From contig NC_027216.1 in NCBI RefSeq assembly GCF_000981445.1, positions 2,170,001 through 2,234,000 on the forward strand: a stretch of 64,000 nucleotides of DNA. The letters run 5' to 3'. A program made the position numbers and the translations under genes. Within the stretch, counting starts at the first letter, position 1; every line of letters starts with the position of its first letter. Source of the stretch: Babesia bigemina. Taxonomy: Eukaryota. This document shows, piece after piece, positions 1 through 12,232 of this stretch. A model generated the notes under the pieces. The model was not told the DNA's origin. It saw only the letters and a list, made by a program, of their open reading frames with translations, and searched no databases.

Positions 1-651
1 CACCCTCGTCCTCCTCAGGCGCAGACTCCGCGTCGCCGCCGACCAGGCTCACCTCCTTGCTGCGCTTCACGGGGCGCATCATCGTCAGCGGAATCGACTT
101 CACGATCACGTGCCCGTCGAAGCCCTCCTTGAACGTGGACAGGTGGAGCGCCGAGCCGCGGGTCGCGTACGACCGGTGCGGGACCAAAAAGACAATCGCG
201 TGCAACACACTGTCCTCGCTGTCGAAGAAGTTGGATGGTGCCGACACAGTGGCCTCCACGACCTCGTAGGCGCGGTTGAATTTGTGCGCGTACGCCCGGT
301 TTTCAGCAGAATAGACAAGCTGCGCGTTGCTCTCCAAGGAATCCACGCCGAGGTACGGTTCCGGGCTCGCGTATACGAACACATCCTGCGAAACCGTTAT
401 TTAGCGACCAAATGGAACCCACGTAGAGCTCGCCGGCGGCCAGGTAGTTCTTCAACGCCGGCGCAGGCTTGCCGGTGACCGGGTCGACCGCGTTGCGCTG
501 CTTGCCGCCGAAGATGCTCATAATGATGTGGATTGTTAAGACTTGGAAGAGCGCCTGCAGGATCCAGTCTGCGATCATGTCAAGCGCGGCGCACAGCGAA
601 CCTACTGCGCTGAGGCCTGGCGCGGCCCTGCTCTTCAGCGGCAGCCGTCAT
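1..651 (-). CDS. CLPTM1/CLPTM1L-family membrane protein, 5' part (multi-exon, runs off the window start)
   Basis: ATG at 651. The spliced reading MTAAAEEQGRARPQR / DWILQALFQVLTIHIIMSIFGG...NYLAAGELY / DVFVYASPE... uses short GT-AG introns. An N-terminal TM followed by a lumenal region resembles CLPTM1. Family call is from recall only. Confidence 0.55.
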
Positions 652-809
652 CCTCGGAACAATGACGGCCACGGGTCTGATTTCCACTCAGGTGTCAGGA
701 AATGCGTGGAAGAAATATATGCTAGTGACGTGCCGCGCCGTTGACTCGCAGGTGGGCAGCCAGCTAGGGCCGATCACCACCACCTACACAAAACATAAAT
801 CACATCAAG

Positions 810-2485
810 ATGGCTCTCAAGGCAACCACGCTCAGCGCTGCTCAACGATTCGTGCGCGGCTTTATGCCGTACCTAGACAACACCGGCTCTCCCGCACACT
901 CCGTGGTCGAGCTGGAGAAGTACCTGAAAGACAACCACCCCTCCGCGCAGCGACTCGACCAGTTGTGGGTTCCTACGCGACGGAAATATTAATGTGTGAA
1001 CAGCGCGCCATGGGTCCTGGAGAAAGGCAACACCTACTACGTGGCGGACGCCAACGCCACGATGATGGCGTTCCACGTCGGTATGTCGCAACGCTCCCAA
1101 CGGCCAATTCGCGCAGGCAAGAAGTTCAACGCCGAGAAGGGAGGCTTGCTGATCACGGCGGGGCACACCGACTCCCCTGCGCTCAAGCTGGAGTACAAAT
1201 GTGAGAGCACGGCGCATGCGTTCAACCAGGTGAGACAGCGCCTCCTTCCACCGAACGAACTCAGGCCGTGTCGCTCACCTACACCTCCGGCCTCTGGCAC
1301 ACGTGGCTGGATCGCGATCTCGGGCTGGCAGGACGCGTTATCGTGCGCAAGAACGGTTAGTTGCCGCTGCCTGAGGCGCGCCTATACCCCTTAGGCCTGC
1401 TCGAGGAGAAGCTGGTCCGCATCGCCAAGCCGCTCATAGTCGTGCCGAACCTGTCGGTACACCTCCAGCACTCGGCGGAACGGGAGGTGCTGAAGCTCAA
1501 CAGGGTACGTTGCCGCTGCCGACTCCACCGATGCCGCCCTCAGGAGAAGCACCTCAGGGGCATCGTGTCTACAGAGGCGGTGCACAAGCTCAACTCCAAG
1601 AGCTCAAAGCCGATCTTGGCGTACGTCGCTAAGTGGGTTCTAAAGCGTGTTTGGGCTCATGCGCGTTCGCAGGGAAATCGGGGTCAAGGAGGAGGACATT
1701 GTCGACATGGACCTGTGCCTCATGGACAACGCCAAGTCCGCCCTATCCGGGCTCTACGAGGAGTTCCTGTCGTGCGCGAGGCTGGACAACCTGGCGTCCT
1801 GCTTCGGCGCCATGGGAGGGTTCATCGACTTCGTCAACGGAAAAGGTGGGTGCTGCGAGCACGCGGCGTTGCGCGTCACATGGGTGCAGAGGCTGAGGAG
1901 TCGGAGTTCGTCACCTGCATCATGTTGTACAACTACGAGGAGATGGGGTCGCAGATGTCGTCGGGTGCCGACTCGCAGGTCACGGTCGAATGGATCGACA
2001 AGGTGTACGCCTCCCTGGGGGCGTCGTTGGGCAAGACCAAGGACCGCGCGCTCATCCTCAACGTGGACATGTCGCACGCCATCCACCCCAACTACCCAGA
2101 GCGGCACTCGGACACGCACCAGCCGCACTTCCACGAGGGGCTCGTCATGAAGCGCAACGTCAACGGGCGCTACGCCACGGAACTCAGGGCGGCGGCCGTC
2201 ATCATCGAGACCGCGCGCTCATGCGACGTCCCCGTGCAGGATTTCAGGGTGCAGAACGACAGCCCCTGCGGCTCCACGGTGGGGCCGTTCCTCTCCAGCA
2301 GGCTCTGCGTGCCCGTGGTCGACGTGGGGATCCCGCAGCTCGCCATGCACTCGATCAGGGAGGTATGCAGCACCGTCGACATATGGCACCTCAAGGAAGT
2401 TGTCAACGTTAGTTCACTTTGACAAGCAGTGCATAGTGCTCAGGCGCTGTTCTCAAACAAGGGCGTGTTCGACCACTACCACTGA
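810..2485 (+). CDS. M18 aspartyl aminopeptidase (multi-exon)
   Basis: Family motifs GSPAHSV, AGHTDSP, RLDNLASC, NYEEMGS, DMSHAIHPNY, SPCGSTVGP and GIPQLAMHSIRE. Several ~35-nt introns; TGA at 2483-2485. Confidence 0.95.
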
Positions 2486-2698
2486 AGCGAAGTGGCGCGA
2501 CGCCGTTCCAGCAGGACCAACATGACATGACGCCCTAACCAATCAACGTGCAAAAACATAATCTCGAAACAAACTTTAATGTTAGCCGTTTGTGTAACTG
2601 CATCGCGCGCGGTAGTGCGCGGAATCGGAATGCGCCCAGCTTTTTTGCCAGGCAAGCACGGTGATGGTCGGAGGGCGGTCTCGCGCCGCACGCGGCGC

Positions 2699-5623
2699 TC
2701 ACAGGTCGATCAGCGGCGAGTCCTCCTCGGGCTCCGGGGCCTTCTGCGCCTCAAGCACGAACAGCGCGGAGACCGCCTTGTGGTCGCTGGAGATCATCAG
2801 GTTGTGGCGGCGGTACAACAGGCAGTGCACCCGCTGGTCGCGGGTCGGCAGGCCCGCGCCGCCGTACAAAATGCGATCGCACCACGCGGGAGTGCGCTTC
2901 GCGTCGTAGAAGTCGGTGCCCTTCTTGAACTTGTACGTGGGGTCGAAGTTTATGGGCGCCTCCTGGAGGCGGCTCACGAACGGCAGCTGGTTCTTCACGT
3001 CGGACACGAACTCGTCGTAACGCAGCAGCTGGTCCAGGCCGCCGCCGTAAATGTGACGGAAGATGTCCGCAGTGGTGTACCGGTCGTCGACCACGACCTG
3101 GAAATTAAAGTCGCCGGCGAAAATGAACAGGTCGGAGTCGAACAGCACCCGGGGCGCGTGCTCGTGGAACACGTTCCGCATCACGCCGTCCAGCTCCTGG
3201 ATGCGCACGCGGGTGGGGAGCTTCCCGGAGTTTATGTGCACGTCCACCAACGTCACCTGGTGGCCGCCGATGGAGAACCGCATGCCGACGGCGCCCTTGT
3301 TGCCGACGCTGCCGCTGAACCCGGTCTTCACCGCAGTCGTCTCGATGTTCTTCACCGACGGGGCCAGACGGTAGCTCACGAACACGGTCATGTACAGCCC
3401 GACCATGGAGCACGACTTCAGGTGCACGAATTTCACGCCGCGGCCCCGGTAGAGCTCCCCGAGGGCGCGCAGGATCTTGCCGTTGAACAGCATCTCCTTG
3501 TTCTCCTCGGTACGGCCGCTCAGCACGTTCAGCACGGACAGCTCCACAAACTCCTGGAGGAAAAACACAAACACCTCGGCGCCATTCTCCGCGCCGGACG
3601 CCATCCAATCGTGGATGTTGTCCTGGTTCGACAACGCGGCGCCGTTCATGTTCCACGTGCCGCACCAGATCACCAGGTTGCCGAGGCTTGCCGGCTGCGA
3701 CGGCTGCGGCTCGGGCACGGTTATTTCGGTATCAACCGCTCTGGGCGAGTCCTTGGAACCGCCGGCGTTGTTCAGGATCAGGTTCAGGCACGCCTGCCGC
3801 GCCTCGTCGGAGAACACGATGCTGCACGCCCGGGTGACCATCGTCTTCGTGTAGTGGAAGAACGCCCCGTAAGACTGGCGGCCCTCGCGGATGTGCTGCG
3901 AGTAAATCGACTCAGTGCCCGCGTGGATCAGGCTGATGGCGTCGCCGTGCGAGCACCACATGTCGCGGAACTGGCGCAGCGAGCCGCTGAAGTCGTTATC
4001 GCCGTCCTCGGTGTATTCGTACATGTTGGTCAGCCCGTGCGGGTCGAGCATGTCGGCCAGCCACACCCACGCCACCATCAGCTGCATGGCGTTCGTGCGG
4101 TCGAGGCAGTCCAGGCAGTTGACGCGGAACACGCCGCGCTGCGTGTGCTCGACCACGCCCTTGCTCACGGCCACGTCGTCCTTCACAGACATGATGGAGC
4201 CGTCGAAGTAGCCCATGCTACGCAGCTTGCCCATCAGCTTCGTGTTCACAAACGCCAGCAGCTCCGGCACCACGGCGCTCTTCTTCACCTTCTCGTTGTA
4301 GTTGTACTTGATGAGCTGGATGGGCATGCTGCTGAACGTCTGCATCAGGTGCTCCAACGCCTGCACCAAAAAGATCTCGCTGGCCTTCACGTCGAGCAGC
4401 GACAAAATCCAGATGAACACGTTGTCACCGTACAGGTCCCTGAGGTCCTTGTGGTGCAGCAAAAACGCCTGCTCGCTCTCGTTTATAGGCCGCGTGAAGT
4501 AGGCCGGCGTGAAGATGTTGCGCTGGCCCCAAAACACGGGCACGGAGCCGCGGCACTGCACGAAACTCTTCCACGGGCCGCCGTCCACACGCAGCCTGGT
4601 CTCGCTCTCCACGAAGTTGCCCACGTGGCCCTCGCTGTCAATGCCGCGCGCGTTCAGACGCGTGCCCGCGCGGTACACGCTGCGGCGACCGATAAGCAGC
4701 ACCTCCACGCGCTTGCCGTGCCAGCTCTGTTGGCAGTAGCCCACGTAACCCTGCATCAGCACCGTGAGCCAGTGAGGGGGGATGTTGTGAGCCATGCCCT
4801 GGCTCCAGTTGAACATCGGGTCGGCCAGCTCGTACAGCGTCTTCGACTGCTCGTCCGCGTCGGGGAAGCCGTCGTACAGGCCGTTGGGAGACGACGCGAG
4901 CCTCCCGGAAAACTCAGCAGGGAACCTCCTCGGACGCAGGGGGAGCATGTCCCGCTCCCACTGGCGCTGCAGCGAGTGCGTCAGGTCGGCGGCGCGCGAG
5001 TAGTAGTGCCCGGTCGTCAGCAGCCGGTTGAGGTCCCCGATGATCCCCGCGTTGATGTCGATCACGGGGTAAACACAACCCGGGTCGCGCGACGCCGGGT
5101 TGCCGTTCTTGGAGTTGTCAAACTGCGCCTTCTGCCAGTCCACAGTATCGTCGCCCAGCAGCACCGGGTCGTCGTAACGGCCGATCGGCATGCCGCCATT
5201 GTCACGCGGCACGTCGATGGGGAACATGTGCACAGTCTTGACGCTGAAGATCGGCGACGACCGGCAGTCGACCGCTGTCGCCTGGTCAAACGACACATTG
5301 GCAACCGGCTCAGACCGCACCACAGTGTTCAGGTACAGCGAACCGTTGATGTTGATGATGCCCAAAATGGCATCGGCGCTGCACTCCGACACCGGAGACT
5401 CGTCCGTCAGGGGATCCGCAGACTCTGTCACCGCGGCGCTTGGACGCTCGATCCACAGCGACGTGGACTCAGGCGCGTGGGCGTACCTGCAGCCATCGTC
5501 GCCCTTGAAGGAAACCTGGTACCACCCGGAGTACTCCCTGATCACGTAACCGTAGCGCGCGGGCGCAGGTAACGCCATCGCAACAACGAGATGCAGCAAA
5601 AGCGCTGCGATCAAAGCACTCAT
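2699..5623 (-). CDS. Synaptojanin-like phosphoinositide phosphatase (Sac1 domain + inositol 5-phosphatase domain)
   Basis: Sac1 motifs RAGTRLNARGID, NFVESE, QCRGSVPVFW and catalytic RVNCLDCLDRTN. 5-phosphatase motifs GTWNMNG, GNKGAV, GDFNF and PAWCDRILY. Confidence 0.93.
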   Translation of the reverse strand: MSALIAALLLHLVVAMALPAPARYGYVIREYSGWYQVSFKGDDGCRYAHAPESTSLWIERPSAAVTESADPLTDESPVSECSADAILGIININGSLYLNTVVRSEPVANVSFDQATAVDCRSSPIFSVKTVHMFPIDVPRDNGGMPIGRYDDPVLLGDDTVDWQKAQFDNSKNGNPASRDPGCVYPVIDINAGIIGDLNRLLTTGHYYSRAADLTHSLQRQWERDMLPLRPRRFPAEFSGRLASSPNGLYDGFPDADEQSKTLYELADPMFNWSQGMAHNIPPHWLTVLMQGYVGYCQQSWHGKRVEVLLIGRRSVYRAGTRLNARGIDSEGHVGNFVESETRLRVDGGPWKSFVQCRGSVPVFWGQRNIFTPAYFTRPINESEQAFLLHHKDLRDLYGDNVFIWILSLLDVKASEIFLVQALEHLMQTFSSMPIQLIKYNYNEKVKKSAVVPELLAFVNTKLMGKLRSMGYFDGSIMSVKDDVAVSKGVVEHTQRGVFRVNCLDCLDRTNAMQLMVAWVWLADMLDPHGLTNMYEYTEDGDNDFSGSLRQFRDMWCSHGDAISLIHAGTESIYSQHIREGRQSYGAFFHYTKTMVTRACSIVFSDEARQACLNLILNNAGGSKDSPRAVDTEITVPEPQPSQPASLGNLVIWCGTWNMNGAALSNQDNIHDWMASGAENGAEVFVFFLQEFVELSVLNVLSGRTEENKEMLFNGKILRALGELYRGRGVKFVHLKSCSMVGLYMTVFVSYRLAPSVKNIETTAVKTGFSGSVGNKGAVGMRFSIGGHQVTLVDVHINSGKLPTRVRIQELDGVMRNVFHEHAPRVLFDSDLFIFAGDFNFQVVVDDRYTTADIFRHIYGGGLDQLLRYDEFVSDVKNQLPFVSRLQEAPINFDPTYKFKKGTDFYDAKRTPAWCDRILYGGAGLPTRDQRVHCLLYRRHNLMISSDHKAVSALFVLEAQKAPEPEEDSPLIDL

Positions 5624-6433
5624 GCAGGATTCCGGCGTGGAAGCGCTCTAGCTCCAATCCACGACCTCTTGCGCAACTAACACCTTACCATCCATGGGTC
5701 TCACGGGACGATATCAGATGGAACGGCAATTAGTGCCGCCGATGGCGAATCCTGACTTATCAAAATGACGCCCAAACTCACATCGCGTACGCGATCGGTG
5801 AGTCGGATCTGCTACTGCGGAAAACCACCGCTCGACATGTTAACACATCACCACACTTAGGGCGCGCTACATCGGCGTAAGGATTACGTATTTTGTGTCG
5901 CGCTTAGAAAATACAACCCAAAAACAGCAAGTGATATTTAAAATCTGCATGAAAGATCTGTAGCGCTTCTCACTCATACTTCGGCGACTCAGGGGACCTT
6001 CGCGCTGTATACGCTGTCGTGTTGGCGCCCAGCCTATTACCCAGCAGCGGATTTAAACCGCTCAGCAGATTAAAACTAACTCTAATATCACGTGCTACGG
6101 CGCGGATTGGCGCCTCGCTGCCCAGGGGCGGCGTCACCCGGTCCCATAGACGGCCTTCCAGCCTCATGGTAAGCCGGAACTAGACAACTGAACAAACGCA
6201 GCTTTATAGGTTACACCTGTAGCGTCACAATGCTGTATATAGCGCATCACTTAGGCCTGTCTACGGCGCCAGGCGATGCTCCGAAGGTGACGCACAGCGC
6301 CCTGGCAGGGCGTTGTCGCGCTAGCGCTGGATTTGTGTAGCGGGATCGCGTAAGGCCGTATGCGTACGGATCAGGGAAGCTTTGTCGTCGGTGAAACCTA
6401 TTTGGGTCGTTGTCGCCTGTCTGTTGAGTTGCC

Positions 6434-8878
6434 ATGGCTCCGTTGGAGGTTGCGAGCTCTTTGGCTTGCGTATTAGGCGTTGTCAAACGCTATGCGCGGT
6501 GGAGTGGGGGTGTCAAGTTGCTGGAACGTGGTAATAGGCTGGCGGCGTGCAATGTGGAGGGTAGAGCGTTGCAGCGGTCGGCGGCCCGCAGTGACGTTGC
6601 ATGGCGGTGCTCGACTATGCGTGCCAGACTCCGCGAAAAAACAGCGTACAACGGCACGGCATCACATGAAAGTGCGCAATGTCAGCCAATGCGTTCGAAT
6701 ACGCCACGCCGTGCTGCGGTGACGGGTGCGAGGCGGGCGTTGGAACAAGGTGTGCCCGGTCTGGTTGTATGCCGACGGGGGTACGCATCCGCAGCAAGAC
6801 CGGCTAATGCGGCGACCCACACCGCCGACGAGTCGGCGCGTATATTTCGTTCGGAAGAAACGAGGCACATGCAGCGCAAACTCAAGATGGCAGAGCTTGA
6901 CGAGTTCCAGAAACGGGTAATCATGTGGGTCCAAGGGGCGGTTAAGTGCTCAGACGGGTCCGTTAGGCAGTATTCGCGGAATTCGCGCATCCACGGCGAC
7001 GTGGTGGGGAGCGCGTATGGCAATGTTGCGTTGATGGTGGGGGGCGCGAAAACGGGTAAGACCTCTACCTACCTCCTGGCACTCGCCGACCTCGTCAACG
7101 TGGAGCGATACGGATCGGATGAAACGGGGCCGCAGAGGGACGAATATCGCAACAAAACCATACTTAACAGGTCACTGAAACCGTGTAGGTCCCCAGCCAA
7201 GCCAGACGTGCCCAAGATACGCGGACTGCCCAAGTTCGACTGGGACTCATTGATGGTGCCCTTGGCCATAGTGCTGGTGCCAAGCAGGGAAATCGGGTCG
7301 AAGATATTCGAAACGTGCTGCCAGATGAACCTCAGGGCGAGGCTCTTTGCAGGCGGCTTGGGCTACAAAAAGCAGTCGTCCTTCACGGCCGGGCACGCAG
7401 CAACCGGGCGCAAGAAGCAAAGTGACAACGTGGACCTTATAGTGTCCACGCCGGAGATGCTGCTGCGGGTCATACACGGCGTGTTCGAGGACGCGCGCAT
7501 CGACATAAGGTACCTGCGCTTTCTGGTGATGGAGGAGGCGGACATACTCTGCGAGGGGTTCTACCTGGAACAGCTCAACGAGGTGCTAAACATGATACAT
7601 TCAACCGAGCTTCGCACGCTATGCGTCACGGCAACGAAGACGGACGCTTTGATGAACCACATACTGCACGCGCACCTGGATGGCGATGCGGACGGGTTGG
7701 CGCGGGTCACAATAGCGCACCCGGGGAGCCACACGGTGGCCAAGAACGTGCAACAGGTCTTCACGGCGATTGCGCAAAGCGACCCCCTGGACCGACTCAT
7801 CGAAACCCTGGAGGAGCTCGACATCAGGGCGCGGCGCGACGGCCGCCAGACCGTGGTCTACTGCAACACCGTCAAGTGCTGCAAGTTCCTGGAGCACGCG
7901 CTCAGGGAACGGGGGTACAACGCCGCGTCGCTGCACGGGGAGATGGGGTACGAGCAGCGCAGCAAGAGCGTCAAGGAATTCGGGACGCAAAGCAACATCC
8001 TCGTGGCCACCAACGTCGCTAGCAGGGGCGCCCTCAGCTGCCACGTTGATCACGTCATATCGTTCGACTTCCCAAGGAACGTCACCGATTACCTACACAG
8101 AACGGCCGGAGTGGCGCACAACGGTACGGCACTGCAGGCAACGCTCTCACGCGACTGCAGGCACGGTCAACACCTTCTTCGCGAAGAAGCACCTGCCGGT
8201 GCTCAAGAACATACAGCGGCTCAACACGCCCGAACATCGCATCGAGTACCGAAACGTGAGCGCTAGGGTGGCCAGGGTGCTACAGCTGCAGCTCGAGTGG
8301 GATGCCAAGCTTGCGCTAAGGTGGGACGGTGACGCTCAACCGCTTACACGGGCATGCAGGAACCGGAAACTGAAGAAGGGGGGCAGGAAGGCGCTCAAAC
8401 TGCCGCCCAGGCGTAATATACTCTCACCGGTCAACAAGAAGGCGATGAAGCGATTCTACCTGAGGTGAGCATCAGCACGTCAAGCCATAACCTCGCCCAG
8501 GGAGAAGGCGGTGAAGAAGGTGCAGTTCCTGCAGAAGCGCGGGATGCTACGCAAGGGGTACGGGCTGCCCAGGTAAGGAATCCTACAAGGTTACACACGG
8601 CCGACGCAGGTGGCCGGACCGCGCAGTGGAGGCCAGCGACAGCCAGGAGTTCGTGCGAATGCAGCGCTCCGCGGACGGATTCCTACAGGTCATACCGAAA
8701 AGACGCTCCAGGGTTCCACGGGTTTCACAGGTACGCGAAATGTGCGACCGAATCGCCTTCATGGTTGCCGCAGGAAGGCGCGTACGACGACGATGCCGTG
8801 CCCATAGAAGGCGCGCCCTCTTACGAGCAGGAGACAAGCGACAAGCCTCGCAAACACCACCGTAACATCAAATTCTAA
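6434..8878 (+). CDS. DEAD-box-type RNA helicase homolog, probably organellar, with degenerate motifs (multi-exon; true start probably an internal Met)
   Basis: Motifs AKTGKT, LVPSREI, STPE, MEEAD, TAT, VYCN, LHGEM, ATNVASRG and DFPRNVTDYLHR. The 3' exons splice through to TAA at 8876-8878. Confidence 0.8.
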
Positions 8879-8978
8879 CTAAGTAGTGACACTTGTGCAC
8901 ATCGCAACTGCGTCACCGCGCGGAGCCCGAGGGAGACGCCGATCAGTCGCTGCCGATCACACACCGATGATGTGAACT

Positions 8979-9365
8979 ATGATTTCCCTCTTAAAGGCTT
9001 CATCGGCGCAGCGGTGTGTGCTCCTGGCGGCGTATTCGGCTGGGCGGAGAGCGGCCGTGACCGGCGCGGTGAAGGCTGCCGAAAGGCCGAATCTTGTCTT
9101 TAGCAAAGGATCGTATAGAAGCGACACAGCATACTTGATCGGAAGTCCCGTCTGGACGCGTGTCTGGCGTAACAGCCTGTTTGACCGTATCTCAATAGTC
9201 GGTGCGCCGAACGGTGAAACGACGTACCAGCTGCCCAGCCTATCGCCGACGTGCTACGCGGACGTGGCGCGGGTTGTTTACAGCTGCAGGAACAAGAGGA
9301 CTAAGCTCGCAATCAAGAAGAGGCGGAAGCGCATGGGCGAACGGATCAGCCTGAGGTACCGCTAG
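8979..9365 (+). CDS. Small basic protein with presequence-like N-terminus; possibly mitoribosomal mS38/Cox24-like
   Basis: 128-aa ORF with an Ala/Arg/Ser-rich N-terminus and a very basic C-terminus (RNKRTKLAIKKRRKRMGERISLRYR). The family call is a weak resemblance. Confidence 0.4.
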   Translation: MISLLKASSAQRCVLLAAYSAGRRAAVTGAVKAAERPNLVFSKGSYRSDTAYLIGSPVWTRVWRNSLFDRISIVGAPNGETTYQLPSLSPTCYADVARVVYSCRNKRTKLAIKKRRKRMGERISLRYR

Positions 9366-9366
9366 C

Positions 9367-10601
9367 ATGGAGCCCAGGCCGCGCTGGAAGCGCATCACGT
9401 ATAAGCGGCAGCCGTACCCCGCCAACTACGTCAGCGATGACTTCCTGCGCGGGCTCAGCGAAAACGTCTGCAACAACTACACGCTCAAGGATGTCTGCCC
9501 CAAGACCATGATGCTCACGCAGCACTGCAGCACCATGCTGATCATGGGACACATGTTCATGCTGGTCAAGGACGACGCCATACCGTTACAGTGGGTGGTG
9601 CGCGCTACCACGACACAGTGCACAGATACGTGGAGGTCGCTGCGATGCTGGTGAACCTGCTGTTCTGCGCGCTCATGTACGCGGCAAGCAGGACCAAGAT
9701 AGGTGAGTGGCACGCATCCCCCGACATAATGCAATCAGACCGGTTCCGACACGTCATATTCGCCTTCGTTGTGCAGTTGGCGCTGCAGGTACGGGAGCAG
9801 GCCGTCGAAGAAATTTTGTACAGCTTTTGCAACCGGTTTTCCAGACGCTGACGTCATCGTTCAGCTACGACACGGTATACGTGCTAGCAATCAGTGGGTT
9901 GCGAAAAGCAGCGTCTTAAACATCTCAGTGATATCCATCGTAAACATAATAACGCGGGACTATGATTTGGTGTGGGTTACGACGCAACGGCCATATCACG
10001 GATTTGCAGGGGACACGAGGAAGATTACGTCAGGGACGTGGATGCGCTGCCCATGAACTGCCTTATTCTGGTGGCCATTCTCGTCTCGTCGCGATTCGGA
10101 TGCCCGCAGAAGGTTAGTGCGGCAGAAACAGTGAGCAACGGGGTGCAGGCGATCGCATACATGCAACTATACGTGGTGTAGGTCACAGCCAAACCGATGT
10201 GACACGGCGCAGAACCTTCTCCGTTCTGCCGCTTCTGCAGCGGTTCCTCATGGTATGAAATGCTTAGTGGAGCACATATGCGGGCAGGAAAGCAAGAGCG
10301 TGCCTGTGATATACGGGTCTACCGCAGCAGTTGTGTTGGCCACCTGCAGCTGTCTATACGCCTGCCACCCAGCGCTGGTACCAGTCTATATACTCGGGTA
10401 AGCTGATGGTCACAAGGCTTCAGACGCGATCAGAATTATCCTGGTGAATGTCGTGGCTCCGCTCGGATACATATACGCGCAAAAGTACAAACGGTAACCA
10501 CCAACACACACCAACTCAAGCCGCGCAGCAACGTATCCGGGCGATGGAATCCAGACCAGGTCCCCAAAAATAGGAAACACCATTGCACGGAGCCCGCGTA
10601 A
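9367..10601 (+). CDS. PIGC: Phosphatidylinositol N-acetylglucosaminyltransferase subunit C (GPI2/PIG-C), multi-exon
   Basis: N-terminal WKRITYKRQPYPANYVSDDFL signature, PVFQTLTSSFSYDTVY, LVSSRF, C-terminal QKYK/NVSGRW. Many hydrophobic exons; TAA at 10599-10601. Confidence 0.85.
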
Positions 10602-11103
10602 GGACCAGTAAATCTAGACCATGACTTCCGACGAATCGAGTCTACCGTGCGTTTAGTAAGTATGCCTCGCCGTAGCCAGTCGCGTGAGCGCCGGCGTCGC
10701 TAGATCGGCCGTCCGCCGTAACCTAGACACGGTGCTGAAACGTCTTTGTGTGTGTATATACGGGCGGAGTGTCGTACTAATGTGCGTGCAGCTCCACTCG
10801 GGTCACCTTTCCCTCCGAGCGATTCTGTGAACTAGCGCTCAAGGTGCTGCAAACGGAGTCGGGCACAGAAGAGGGCAAGGCTACTGTAGTTTACACGGGC
10901 CAGGGCAACACACTCAGCGTGTAAGTGGCCACCAAACATGCCGAACAATATGCACAGGGCCATACAAGCGATCAATTCACGGACACTCAGAGTCAAGGTC
11001 AACGCGTTCTACGAGGCGTGCTACCTCGTTTCGTCAATAATAGAGACATTCCCACCGAAGGCGTGAACGAAACCATTTGTTCAAACATTTTTAAAGCGAT
11101 TTG

Positions 11104-11700
11104 TTAACTAGGCTCCGACTCCGGCATGGTGGTGTTTATGCTGTTCTTTATCGCCCCCCACTTAGTATGCATCTTGCTAGCGTTTAGCATGAGGTCGTCG
11201 TACGCCTGCTTCAGCTGGTACGCCCAGTAGTAAATCACCATCTTGTCCAGAGGCTCGTCAAACCCGATGTCCTGGTAGGCCGGGTTGCCCACCGGCACCT
11301 TGAGCAGCTGTTGCGCTGCGCTCCTGTAACGCTGGTGGATGTATTGCATCTTGTAGCTGTGGATCTCGTTGATGACGTCGCGCGCCCACATCTTGTTTAT
11401 CATCTTGGAGCCTTCGTTGTTCAGCGCGGCATCGTGTGACACCTGATTGAACGAGCTTGCGTTTATCACCTCCAGAAAGTTGTCTTCGACCACCTTGTTC
11501 GCGTTGGTCATCATGTTATTCACGTCCACGTCGAAGTAAGACAGGTATTCGTGGTTGGTACTGGCGCCAGTGTACCTGTCATAACCCCAAAAGCCCTTCA
11601 CGTACATCGGCAGGGTGAAGGCGTATTGCCCTCCAGAGACCATCCGCACGCCAGCCACCAGGCTGCAAACAACCAGGCAAGCCGAAGTAGGCACCCTCAT
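11104..11700 (-). CDS. Hypothetical secreted protein (~198 aa)
   Basis: Intronless ORF with GC-rich third positions and a signal-peptide-like start (MRVPTSACLVVCSLVAG). No domain recognised. Confidence 0.7.
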   Translation of the reverse strand: MRVPTSACLVVCSLVAGVRMVSGGQYAFTLPMYVKGFWGYDRYTGASTNHEYLSYFDVDVNNMMTNANKVVEDNFLEVINASSFNQVSHDAALNNEGSKMINKMWARDVINEIHSYKMQYIHQRYRSAAQQLLKVPVGNPAYQDIGFDEPLDKMVIYYWAYQLKQAYDDLMLNASKMHTKWGAIKNSINTTMPESEPS

Positions 11701-12232
11701 TTGATATTGAGTTGAAGGAACGGTATGCAGGTTCAAAAGCCGATCGGCCACAAGTGACGTCTAAAAAATTCAGCTGACCGATGCCGCAGCAAATAAAATA
11801 CAAATCGAAAAATAGATACAAACTCATGTGTAATTAAACTCATGCGTGTAAATGATGCGTTGGATCGTAGAATACATGTTTTTCTAACGCGGAAAAGTTT
11901 TTCGCCGAGTGGAAAGATCTGGCACCGCCTTTTCCATTATTGGATCAGCGGCATGTTTCGGTTTCTCAGGTACTCCTTCCCATGTAATATAGCGCAGGGT
12001 GATGAACTGCGCGGTTATACCCACTTAAAGCTGCAAAGGGCCCAAAACAGCATACGATTACCCACGATGGCGCCATACCACGCATGGCACCTTCCGCCAC
12101 ATACCCCCGAATATGCGCTAGCACAACAACGTTATAAATTGTTATTCAGACTTTATATTATATCTGCTGGTTAGTTATATTCGTATATTATGCTAGCGTC
12201 GCAATTTTCGCGCGGCTTAACGGTGCCACCTA

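Noticed and set aside
2579..5572. 997-aa plus-strand ORF
   Set aside because: It is the antisense shadow of the GC3-rich phosphatase gene and has no motifs. The same applies to 62023-62958 and 48259-48930.
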